Shown here piece after piece: positions 15,805 through 24,128 of a DNA stretch of 32,075 bases (positions are counted from its first letter, which is position 1; every line of letters starts with the position of its first letter). Origin of the DNA: Minisyncoccia bacterium (GTDB lineage: Bacteria > Patescibacteriota > Minisyncoccia > Phycocordibacterales > UBA918); assembly GCA_046293175.1 (NCBI GenBank), contig JBKBPM010000002.1:224428-256502 (forward strand), read 5' to 3'. The translations under genes and the position numbers were made by a program. Under the pieces are notes generated by a model. It ran no database searches. It saw nothing but the letters and a program-made list of their open reading frames with translations, and had not been told where the DNA came from.

Positions 15805-16542
15805 ATGGAATATATAAGTCATAATAGTCTCATAAGCGTCACAATATTGTCCGCTAACGAAGACTTTTATAATAATGTTTTCAAAAAGACAGAGAGAATT
15901 ATCTCGGCTGCCTTTTATCTCACGACCTATCTCCAGTCGTCTAAGACGTATACGACATTCAAAGGCCTCCTCGAAGAGCAGGCATTAACCCTCCATCACG
16001 AGAACCTCAAATCCCTTGAGGTCCGGGTTGGGGACACGGCGGCCTTGGTCCCACTCCAAGCTGCGCTCGTCGCACTTGATAGTACGCTCACGATTATGAG
16101 TGGTGCTCGCGTCTTTAGTGGTGGGCTCCTCGTTGGTATATCAGATGAGATTGATCAGGTGCTCCGCTATCTCAAACACCATGTGGTCGGGGGTCAGGGT
16201 GAGGCAGTGGGCGGCGCAAAGAAGGGGATTGAGACTAGTCGATCGGCCCTCACGACGCCCCGGGAAATCCGTCCCCGCCGTATCCGACCGAACATCCCCA
16301 AGAACGACATGAGTTCCGAGGCGGTCATCGTCTATAGTGACCTTGGCGACCGCACAACCCGGATCAAGACCGTCCTTGAAGCGAAGCCAGACGCCACCAT
16401 TAAGGACTTGACCGACATCATCACGGACGTCAGTTCAAAGACAATTCAACGTGACCTTAATATGCTCATAGAGCGGGGTGATGTTATACGACATGGTGAG
16501 AGACGCTGGTCGACCTACTCGCTTGCAACGTCTCTTAAATAA
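15805..16542 (+). CDS. Hypothetical protein with C-terminal DeoR-like winged-helix domain
   Basis: The C-terminus reads TIKDLTDIITDVSSKTIQRDLNMLIERGDVIRHGERRWSTYSL. The N-terminal two thirds have no family I can name. Confidence 0.7.
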   Translation: MEYISHNSLISVTILSANEDFYNNVFKKTERIISAAFYLTTYLQSSKTYTTFKGLLEEQALTLHHENLKSLEVRVGDTAALVPLQAALVALDSTLTIMSGARVFSGGLLVGISDEIDQVLRYLKHHVVGGQGEAVGGAKKGIETSRSALTTPREIRPRRIRPNIPKNDMSSEAVIVYSDLGDRTTRIKTVLEAKPDATIKDLTDIITDVSSKTIQRDLNMLIERGDVIRHGERRWSTYSLATSLK

Positions 16543-16593
16543 TATTTTATATATAGAGCTGTACGCTACTATCCGTCCGATACATAGTCCTTT

Positions 16594-16641
16594 ACAAAGA
16601 GACAGCATCTGCCAAATGGCATCTGCTGTCTCTTTGTTTTG
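16594..16641 (+). terminator. Intrinsic terminator
   Basis: acaaagagacagca (16594-16607) pairs with tgctgtctctttgt (16624-16637), followed by TTTT. Confidence 0.7.
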
Positions 16642-16874
16642 TCACGAGCGAGATTCCACGTTACCAATAGCTCGAGTAGTCGTAGTAGTAGTGAAGCGGG
16701 GAAGTCGCTTGCCAGAGTAGACTTTCTGTGTTGTTTCCAATAGTACCGTAAGAGCAGTGTTTTGACCCCGTCTTCTTATACAGATACCAAAGAGTTGGTT
16801 TGATTTTCCACCCTTACTTGTAAGGGTTAAGTGCCGGTTTCCCCAGGAGTAAAACGTGCAATTTCCGGAAATCT

Positions 16875-16883
16875 TGCTATACT
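16875..16883 (+). promoter_or_regulatory. Extended -10 promoter-like element with no assigned gene
   Basis: TGcTATACT sits in the middle of a ~740-nt ORF-free gap. The nearest downstream CDS starts ~500 nt away. Confidence 0.3.
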
Positions 16884-17380
16884 CTAAAGGTATGCGCCAC
16901 GTGCGCTTTTTCTCTAGGTCGCGAGCCTATCTCATATATATGAGTAGCTCGGCACCCACAGAGGGGAAAAGCCAAGGTTGGAGGTGCTACTGTTCTTTGA
17001 AAACTTAATATCAATTCGTTCACGTTTGCAGTTAATCTGTGTACGTAATTAAAAATTATTCTGTCCTACCACAACAAACCACAACAAAACGTAGGTCTGC
17101 TCTTTGTGAGGCTTTGCCGAAACAAAGGGGAGAACTAGGTTGCAGTTGTGGTGGTGACTCCCGCCCGACCTTTTCCCGCCCTATCCGCCCCACAGACACT
17201 CGGTCCCATTTCGCAGCTGCTTCTCTTGTACTGGCCTAATACACTAGTATGAGGGGACAGTGATATTACGTGAGGGTAACCTCGCGAATATGAATTAATT
17301 CATATTATTAGTATTAGTCGTCCTGATAACAAAGGGACACCGTGTAGTACTTAACCTACACTAAACAAAAAATTGATTAT

Positions 17381-19378
17381 ATGCAGAATATTGCAACTAC
17401 AGTTGCTTCAAAGGCTCTCGTAGCCGTTGTTGCAGCTGCAATGATTTTCTCTGCTTTCGTAACTCCTGCAAAGGCAGCTACAGCAGAAGAATTGCAGAAG
17501 ATGATTAACGACCTCATGGCTCAGATGGCAGCTCTTGGTGGAACTCCAGCAACAACTGGTGGTTCATCAGCTTCTGTTTGTCCATTTACTTGGACTCGTG
17601 ACCTCAAGACCGGTGCTACCGGTGCTGATGTTATGACCCTCCAGAAGTTCCTCAACGCTAATGCTGATACTCGTGTAGCAGCTACTGGCGCTGGTTCAGC
17701 TGGTATGGAAACTTCATACTTCGGTCCAGCTACTGCTGCCGCTGTATCAAAGTTCCAGGTAATGCACCGTGCTGACATCCTTACTCCAGCTGGTCTTACA
17801 AACCCAACTGGTTTCTTCGGTCCATCAACTCGTGCTAAGGCTAACGCTCTTTGCGTAGCTGGTGGTTCAACTGGTGGTTCAACTGGTTCAACTGGTTCAA
17901 CTGGTTCAACTGGTTCAGCAGACCTCTCAGGTGAAGCGACCCTTGACTCATTCGAGGTGGAAGAGGCTTCAGATAACACTATCGAAGAAGGTGACGAAGA
18001 AGTAGAAATTGGTCTCTTCAAGGTACAATTCAAAGACGGCGATGCATCAATCTCACGTCTTGATATCGCTCTTGATCGTACAGGCAGTGGTGGACAGCAA
18101 AGTCCATGGCAGACTTTTGAAACCATCTCTCTTTTGGTAGATGGGGACGTAGTTGCTGAAGCTGATGCTTCTAGTAAGTCAGATTACCTCAGTAGTTCAG
18201 ACGGATCACTTCGTTTTTCTGGCCTCGATATCGTAGCTATGGAAGATGAAGAACTCGAAATTACTGTTGCTGCGACTGTTAAGTCTTCAGTACGTAGTCT
18301 CGGTGTATCAGGTGATACATGGGGTCTTACTGCAGAAGCTGTGCGTTACTTTGACGCTGACGGCGTTGCAGAAACTGATTCAACATCTGGCGATCTTGGT
18401 GGTGCTGTAAGTGCTGTCTTCACTATCGAAGCAGCTGGTGCTAACGACGAAATAATCGTTCGTTCTTCATCAAACAATCCTGAGTCACAAACTCTTAAAG
18501 TGGAAAATAATCAACGTTCAGGTTGGATGACGGTGTTTGCTTTTGACATCGATACTGATGATTCAGTAAACGATATCAACGTTGACACACTCACCGCTAC
18601 TGTTACACTTAGTGCTAACTACAATACAGTTGTAGATGGTGCTGAACTCTACATTGATGGTATTCGTGTTAACAAAGTTACTCTTTCACCAGCTGGTGGT
18701 GCAACGAACACCGTGGCACTTACCTTTGATGCAGACGATAAAGTGACTATTGACGCCGGTGACCGTGTTGCAGCTGAGCTCAAGCTTCGCTTCAAGGCTC
18801 TTGCCGTTGAAGGTACAACCGTTACTGCTAACATCGCATCTGGCGCTATTACAGCCGAAGGTGTTGATACACTCAGTAGTACTGGTGCGTCAGCAGGTAA
18901 GACCCACACACTTCGTTCTACAGGTGTAGATGTATCAGCTAAGTCAACTTCAGCTGTTGTGACAACTGGTCAGAACAACTTTGATGACTACGCTACTTAT
19001 AAAATAGTCCTTGATGTTACAGCATTTGAACAGGATGTATTTGTCCCAATTAATGCTGCTTCAACAACATGGAAGCTTGTTGATGGTAATGGTGCAGATA
19101 TTTCTGTGCCTGCTGCTTCAACTACTGCTGTGATTACTTCTTCCGCTAACGAAGGCGGTGCAGGTAACGCTTTCTTTGAAATCAAAGAAGGTGAAACTGA
19201 AACTGTTACCATCACAGTAACGTTCAACCCTGGAGCTTCGGTGCCTCAGGCTGCACGTCTCCAGCTCATGTCATTCGTCTTTGACGAAACAGGAACTGTG
19301 GTAGCTACTGATGATGAAACATGGTCAGCTCTTCCAGCTAATCAGTACCGTACTGATACTGTTACTATCCAGAACTAG
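17381..19378 (+). CDS. Secreted/anchored surface protein with N-terminal peptidoglycan-binding (PG_binding_1-like) domain; S-layer-like candidate
   Basis: Signal/anchor VAVVAAAMIFSAFVTPAKAATA. PG-binding motif GATGADVMTLQKFLN...YFGPATAAAVSKFQ. A (GST)n linker, then ~470 aa of T/A/V/S/D-rich beta-type sequence. Codon use looks strongly biased (ggt/gct/act/tca/gtt), as in highly expressed genes. Confidence 0.85.
   Translation: MQNIATTVASKALVAVVAAAMIFSAFVTPAKAATAEELQKMINDLMAQMAALGGTPATTGGSSASVCPFTWTRDLKTGATGADVMTLQKFLNANADTRVAATGAGSAGMETSYFGPATAAAVSKFQVMHRADILTPAGLTNPTGFFGPSTRAKANALCVAGGSTGGSTGSTGSTGSTGSADLSGEATLDSFEVEEASDNTIEEGDEEVEIGLFKVQFKDGDASISRLDIALDRTGSGGQQSPWQTFETISLLVDGDVVAEADASSKSDYLSSSDGSLRFSGLDIVAMEDEELEITVAATVKSSVRSLGVSGDTWGLTAEAVRYFDADGVAETDSTSGDLGGAVSAVFTIEAAGANDEIIVRSSSNNPESQTLKVENNQRSGWMTVFAFDIDTDDSVNDINVDTLTATVTLSANYNTVVDGAELYIDGIRVNKVTLSPAGGATNTVALTFDADDKVTIDAGDRVAAELKLRFKALAVEGTTVTANIASGAITAEGVDTLSSTGASAGKTHTLRSTGVDVSAKSTSAVVTTGQNNFDDYATYKIVLDVTAFEQDVFVPINAASTTWKLVDGNGADISVPAASTTAVITSSANEGGAGNAFFEIKEGETETVTITVTFNPGASVPQAARLQLMSFVFDETGTVVATDDETWSALPANQYRTDTVTIQN
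17861..17917 (+). repeat. In-frame tandem repeat (ggt)ggttcaact, about 6 units, encoding GGST GGST GST GST GST GS
   Basis: Direct reading of 17861-17917. The 9-nt unit ggttcaact is repeated perfectly. Confidence 0.85.
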
Positions 19379-19426
19379 CGTTCAGGTTAGCTGACAGCTC
19401 ATACGTATCGTATAGCGAGAAAGCAA

Positions 19427-19460
19427 AACAAAAATCCCCGCAAGGGGATTTTTGTTGTTT
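19427..19460 (+). terminator. Intrinsic terminator
   Basis: aacaaaaatcccc (19427-19439), loop gcaa, ggggatttttgtt (19444-19456), then gttt. Confidence 0.8.
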
Positions 19461-19462
19461 AG

Positions 19463-20029
19463 AAAGAGGATTCCACGAAGGGCGGTCCTTCGCGAAGGAC
19501 CGCACTATTTGATTTTGATCGCGGTGACACCCTTGTCTCTATCGGGGCTTATTGCCTCATGCCAAACCATTTTCATATTCTCATAACTTCTTCTGTGGAG
19601 GGAGGTATTACCAATTTTATGAGTAAAGTCAGTACCGGATACTCGATGTATTTTAATAAGCGGTATGATCGCTCGGGAGCGTTATTTCAGGGAAGATTCA
19701 AATCGGAGCATGCCGATAGTGATGAATACCTCAAATACCTCTACGCGTACATTCACCTCAATCCAGTCAAGCTCATAGATAAGGATTGGAAAGAGCGGGG
19801 GAGCAAAGACGCAGCAAAATCTTTTGATTTTGCTGCGTCTTTTCAATATTCTAGTCTGCCAGATTACCTGGGGAGTACTCGCCCCGAAAGTCTCATTCTA
19901 GATAAACAGCCATTTCCCGAGTATTTTGCCACTTCCGAAGACACCAAATCCGAACTCTTTGAGTGGTTAACCTACCAAAATTTCCTCACTAATCAGGTCA
20001 ATAACGTTGCAAAACAACCCTCTCCCTAG
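19463..20029 (+). pseudogene. 5'-truncated HUH-Y1 transposase (IS200/RAYT-like) remnant
   Basis: The frame is open from 19463, directly after a stop. In-frame homology-like sequence LFDFDRGDTLVSIGAYCLMPNHFHILI (HUH motif) precedes the first ATG (19559). FQGRFKSE and YAYIHLNPVK (catalytic Tyr region) follow. The usual ~60-70 aa N-terminal strand region is missing. Confidence 0.65.
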
Positions 20030-20057
20030 GCAAGGCCTAGGGAGAGGGTTGTTTTGC
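20009..20057. repeat. 23-bp perfect hairpin overlapping the transposase stop codon
   Basis: gcaaaacaaccctctccctaggc (20009-20031), loop aag, gcctagggagagggttgttttgc (20035-20057). A second perfect palindrome, gcggtccttcg|cgaaggaccgc, lies at the truncated 5' side (19482-19503). Confidence 0.7.
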
Positions 20058-20124
20058 ATAACAAGTTATGCACAAAGGCAGTGGTGGGGGAAGTGAATCG
20101 GCTTTATACTTATTAGGTACCGAT

Positions 20125-22827
20125 ATGAGCCAGTATAAATTGATGCGTGGCATTATTCTCAGCGCTTTAGGACTCGCCCTTTCTGCGGGTTTTTTTATAC
20201 CGTTTCAAATGACTCATGCGGCAGTCCTCTATGAACAAAGCCATACCGGTACTGCTTATGATATCTTTGCCGACGTTGGAATGCGGTACGGTTTTTACAC
20301 AAAGCTTCCACAATACAGTGGCGAACCACCAATATTCGCAGGCGGAGGAGTTTCTTATAGTGGTACCGCGGAGTGGCTGCGAGTGAAGCGCATTTCTGGG
20401 CTGGCTTGTGATGCTCCGTTTGACATACTCATTGTAGCAAATGATGGAAGTACACAAATCGGAAATATTTCAAGAAGTAGCGGGATTACAAATGGCGATT
20501 ACTGCGATTTTCCAATCACTGGTTCCAACCGAACAGACATGGCAGTTGGAGGTATTTTCATCTGCTTATTAGGTGATTGCGATGAAGTTCCGGGTACATT
20601 TGTACTCGATGGTTCACCGCAAAACGAGGGGTATGTTGCAGATGGGACACAAACTATTTTTGAAAAAGGCGGCTGGGCCTTCCAGATTTGTGACAGTGTG
20701 GGATGTGAGGGCGGTTTTGAGATAGCTACCTCAACCGGCACAACCACTGCCACCACAACTGATCCTGGTACTGGCACCACGACCGCTACCAGCACCGCAA
20801 CCTCAACAGCCACCACCACTGGCGCCAGTAGTGTCCTATTTTTACCCGGGATTATGGGATCACATTTATATGAGCAGGGTCAGCAATGTAATGATTTAGG
20901 TACGGAACAACAACGTTGGTTTTCAATAAATGATTGTGAACAGCTTCGCCTTCTGACTGATAGCGGAGGTGAAAGTATCAATGATATTTACACTAAAGCA
21001 AGCAACGACTCGGTGATTGATGAAGTTTTGGGTCAGAATTTGTACAAGTCGTTCTTTATACAATTGGCAAATTGGAAAGCTGAAGGGAAAATAAATGATT
21101 ATGCTTTAGTGCCATACGACTGGCGACTCAGATTGGACGACCTACTGAAAGCAAAAGCAGACCAAAGTACAGGCGTAATTCGACCTAATCCGAGCGGAAC
21201 GATTCAAGAAGGATATTTATATCAGACTCTAGAAAATCTTGTCGCATCTTCTTCAAGTGGTAAGGTCACTATAGTTGCACATTCCAACGGTGGTTTATTG
21301 GCCAAGACCTTTTTAGCGACACTTCAAAACACCAGCGATCCACTTCTGAGTAAGGTAGACAATCTTATTCTAGTGGCTTCTCCACAAGTAGGTACACCCG
21401 ATACCTTAATGGGAATGCTCCATGGCTCAGAAATAGGTCTGGGTGGTTTTGTTGTTTCAAATCAAACCTCTCGAACACTATTAAACACTATGCCGTTTGG
21501 CTTTCACTTACTTCCGAATAAGAGTTATTTTGATAGTACTGGAGTGACAGTGGATACACCGGTGATAACCTTTGAACAGGGAACAGTTACCACTCCATGG
21601 ATTAATACTTTTGGACAGTCAATCGCTGACGCTGGTACGATGGAACGCTTTATGACAATTGACGGCGGTCGTATTCGACCAGAAACAGCGGATTTGACCA
21701 AACCAGAAGTGGTACCGAAGTACCTCTTTGATAATTATACAAAATCTATTGATGAACTCATTAATACGTGGGTTCCACCTGAGACAATGCAGGTAAAACA
21801 GATTGCCGGGGTAGGGGTTGAGACGTTATCCGGACTTGAGTATTTCACTGATACTGAATGTATTTCACGTAATTTCTTACTTGTGTTCAAGTGTACTGCT
21901 TATGCACCAAAATTAGGTATGCGGCCAATACAGACAATTGATGGTGATGGAACTGTAGTCGCCCCAAGTGCTTTGGCGATGAGTGAGACCTTACCAAATG
22001 TAGAAAGATGGTGGTTAAATCTAAGACAATTCAATAATGATGTACTTATAAATAGAGTCCATAAAGATATCTTTGAAGTTTTAGATGTCAGCCATTTTGT
22101 AGCTAACACATTATTTGCTACAACATCAAACGAATATACTTACTTGAGTGATGTGTCCTCAATATTACCTAATGAAAAGCGTCTTACTTTCACATTACAC
22201 TCTCCACTTGATCTCGTAGTAGTAAATAGTCGTGGTGAAGTGGTGAGTAGCTCCACTGAAGAAATTAATGGGGGTACTTACCAACGTTATGGTGAAGTGC
22301 AGTATATTTCTATTCCTGATTCTGGTAATCCGGTTACAACTACATTAAATGGGGAAGCGACTGGATCATTCACTCTTGAAATAGCGACTTTTGCCAATGG
22401 TGTATTGGATAAACGCTATAGTTACTCTGCCATCCCCTCAAGCACTAGCACAAAGGCGACAATTGTAGCTAATACAGATTTACCATTAGCAACTACACCA
22501 CTTCAAGTCGACTATGATGGAAATGGCACTAATGATGTCTCGTATGACACTAAAGGAGTAATAGAGCCAATAATTACCTACATGAATCTTTTTGACGGTA
22601 TTAATAAACTAGAAACAAAACTGTTGTATAAAAAACTACTGACAGAAAATGCCAAAATTGCCCAGCAGTACCATACAAAATCACTTACTAATGTAAAATA
22701 TCGTAAGCTAGAATTGTTAGCCCTTGGCGTACTGAGACAACAAGTACTTTTCTATGAGCGGAGCAAGATTATTAACCCGGCTGAATCAAAAGAATTAGTA
22801 AACATTATAAATAGTTTAAGTAAATAG
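20125..22827 (+). CDS. Secreted multidomain protein with LCAT-like (lecithin:cholesterol acyltransferase / phospholipase family) alpha/beta-hydrolase domain
   Basis: ATG 20125 is preferred because the listed 20068 lies inside a hairpin. Signal peptide MSQYKLMRGIILSALGLALSAGFFIPFQMTHA. A Cys-rich N-domain is followed by a Thr-rich linker (TSTGTTTATTTDPGTGTTTATSTATSTATTTG). LCAT-family motifs are VLFLPGIMGSHLY, VPYDWRLRLD and VTIVAHSNGGLLAKTF. A ~350-aa C-terminal beta/helical region follows. Confidence 0.8.
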   Translation: MSQYKLMRGIILSALGLALSAGFFIPFQMTHAAVLYEQSHTGTAYDIFADVGMRYGFYTKLPQYSGEPPIFAGGGVSYSGTAEWLRVKRISGLACDAPFDILIVANDGSTQIGNISRSSGITNGDYCDFPITGSNRTDMAVGGIFICLLGDCDEVPGTFVLDGSPQNEGYVADGTQTIFEKGGWAFQICDSVGCEGGFEIATSTGTTTATTTDPGTGTTTATSTATSTATTTGASSVLFLPGIMGSHLYEQGQQCNDLGTEQQRWFSINDCEQLRLLTDSGGESINDIYTKASNDSVIDEVLGQNLYKSFFIQLANWKAEGKINDYALVPYDWRLRLDDLLKAKADQSTGVIRPNPSGTIQEGYLYQTLENLVASSSSGKVTIVAHSNGGLLAKTFLATLQNTSDPLLSKVDNLILVASPQVGTPDTLMGMLHGSEIGLGGFVVSNQTSRTLLNTMPFGFHLLPNKSYFDSTGVTVDTPVITFEQGTVTTPWINTFGQSIADAGTMERFMTIDGGRIRPETADLTKPEVVPKYLFDNYTKSIDELINTWVPPETMQVKQIAGVGVETLSGLEYFTDTECISRNFLLVFKCTAYAPKLGMRPIQTIDGDGTVVAPSALAMSETLPNVERWWLNLRQFNNDVLINRVHKDIFEVLDVSHFVANTLFATTSNEYTYLSDVSSILPNEKRLTFTLHSPLDLVVVNSRGEVVSSSTEEINGGTYQRYGEVQYISIPDSGNPVTTTLNGEATGSFTLEIATFANGVLDKRYSYSAIPSSTSTKATIVANTDLPLATTPLQVDYDGNGTNDVSYDTKGVIEPIITYMNLFDGINKLETKLLYKKLLTENAKIAQQYHTKSLTNVKYRKLELLALGVLRQQVLFYERSKIINPAESKELVNIINSLSK

Positions 22828-22829
22828 AT

Positions 22830-23222
22830 ATGAAAAATGCAATTTTAGTTGTAAGTATATTAGGTTCAATAATCGCATATGTTTTTTTCAATACGCGAGA
22901 TTTGGGTTTATGTAACCCATATTGTGGTGACTGGGTTGGGAAGTACCAGAATATTTTTGTTTTTTTTCCAATACTATTATTGTTCTCAGTCGTAGTATAT
23001 TTACTACCGTCTAGGGTTTTTGTGTCTTGGTGGAAATTTGCTCGTATTGCCACGCCTCTTATTTTATTGGGTTCTTGGGTTATAAGTCTTGGTCTACATC
23101 ATTCACCAGGAGGATTCTTCAATATGGACAATAATTTTGACTTGCTTGGCCTATTCACTATGTATGCAATCTTTGTACTAGGCTCACTCATACAAATTTG
23201 GCGGGGATATAAAAGTCGGTAG
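22830..23222 (+). CDS. Hypothetical 4-TM membrane protein, translationally coupled to the lipase-like gene
   Basis: The ATG is 2 nt after the upstream TAG. It has hydrophobic segments and the same A+T-rich composition as the 3' part of the upstream gene. Confidence 0.7.
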   Translation: MKNAILVVSILGSIIAYVFFNTRDLGLCNPYCGDWVGKYQNIFVFFPILLLFSVVVYLLPSRVFVSWWKFARIATPLILLGSWVISLGLHHSPGGFFNMDNNFDLLGLFTMYAIFVLGSLIQIWRGYKSR

Positions 23223-23388
23223 AAGTAATCAAATAATCCAAAACCTTCATAGCAAAAACGGGAGAGTATGCTGTATACTGTAGAGGATGTTCAACAAGAC
23301 CTTTTACAGTTTCTTGTTTAGTTTTGTAGCGGTGGTGGCAGGAACACTCATCTTCATTTTGGTAGTGGGGATGGGGTCGTAGGTCTTT

Positions 23389-23868
23389 ATGATACGAATT
23401 ACTGATCAGTATTTTTGGAATGTTGTCTTCGGGATTTTTTTCGTACTCCTTGTCGTGATGGGTGCGATTATTCTCGAGACTGAAGCGCGTATCCCATACA
23501 CCGAACTGACCTTTACTGATTTTGCGCTTGTCACACTTGCTACCTGGCGCCTTATTAGACTGTTTGTCTACGACGCTATCACGAAGTTCTTCCGGGAACA
23601 GTTCTACGACCTCAAGAAAGTAGGGAAGGGCTATACGCTCGAGAAGCCGAAGTTCGGCCCCCGTCGTACCGTCGCTGACCTGCTTTCGTGCCCATGGTGC
23701 TTTGGCATGTGGGCAGCGGCACTGGTGACCTTCTTCTACCTCCTCACGCCATACGCGTACTACATCACCATCTTCCTCGCTATCTCAGCGGTAGCGTCTT
23801 TCCTCCAGATACTGACGAACATGGTCGGGTGGCAGGCAGAAAAGCTAAAGATGGAAGTCGAAGGCTAA
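23389..23868 (+). CDS. DUF1360-like integral membrane protein
   Basis: WRLIRLFVYDAIT ... LLSCPWCFGMWAAALV fits the conserved R-x-x-D and C-P-W-C-x-x-x-W pattern of DUF1360, from memory. Confidence 0.7.
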   Translation: MIRITDQYFWNVVFGIFFVLLVVMGAIILETEARIPYTELTFTDFALVTLATWRLIRLFVYDAITKFFREQFYDLKKVGKGYTLEKPKFGPRRTVADLLSCPWCFGMWAAALVTFFYLLTPYAYYITIFLAISAVASFLQILTNMVGWQAEKLKMEVEG

Positions 23869-23871
23869 TGT

Positions 23872-24087
23872 ATGTCCAATAGTATTGCCATTGTTGCCGG
23901 TTTCTTCCTGATGATAGGGAGTCTCGCTCTCTTATTCGGGGCGATTGTTTTTATTGCTGGTGGGGTGCATCCACTTCTTGTACCCGGGGTAACTATCGCC
24001 GGGATAGTAGTGGCCATTACTGCTACCATAGGTATCTTTGACCGACAGGTCTTTCGTCATGCAGTCTCGTGGCTTGGGGTGTGGTAG
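23872..24087 (+). CDS. Small (71 aa) 2-3 TM membrane protein
   Basis: It starts 3 nt after the previous stop and is almost entirely hydrophobic (IVAGFFLMIGSLALLFGAIVFIAGG...). Confidence 0.65.
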   Translation: MSNSIAIVAGFFLMIGSLALLFGAIVFIAGGVHPLLVPGVTIAGIVVAITATIGIFDRQVFRHAVSWLGVW

Positions 24088-24128
24088 TTTTGAGAAAGAA
24101 AAACCACCATGCTATACTCGCCGTCAAA

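Noticed and set aside
16642-17380. RNase P RNA, tmRNA, SRP RNA or 6S RNA in the large gap (and likewise in the rRNA leader 27535-28084)
   Set aside because: I looked for GAGGAAAGUCC / ACAGAAA (RNase P), a tRNA-like GGGG...CCA end with a tag ORF (tmRNA), and the GGAA/AGCA domain IV loop (SRP). None is present by eye. A proper covariance scan is still needed.
17861-17917. Possible CRISPR-like or other spaced-repeat array
   Set aside because: This is a contiguous 9-nt in-frame coding microsatellite with no spacers. No CRISPR array or cas gene exists anywhere in the window.
17521-18126. 201-aa minus-strand ORF, plus 18649..18909 and 18997..19227
   Set aside because: These are antisense to the surface-protein gene. 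Open antisense frames are expected in a codon-biased gene with repetitive composition.
23287-23382. 31-aa hydrophobic mini-ORF (MFNKTFYSFLFSFVAVVAGTLIFILVVGMGS) just upstream of the DUF1360 gene
   Set aside because: The only purine-rich stretch (GAGG) abuts the ATG with no spacing, and there is no independent support. It may be real, but I cannot back it from sequence alone.
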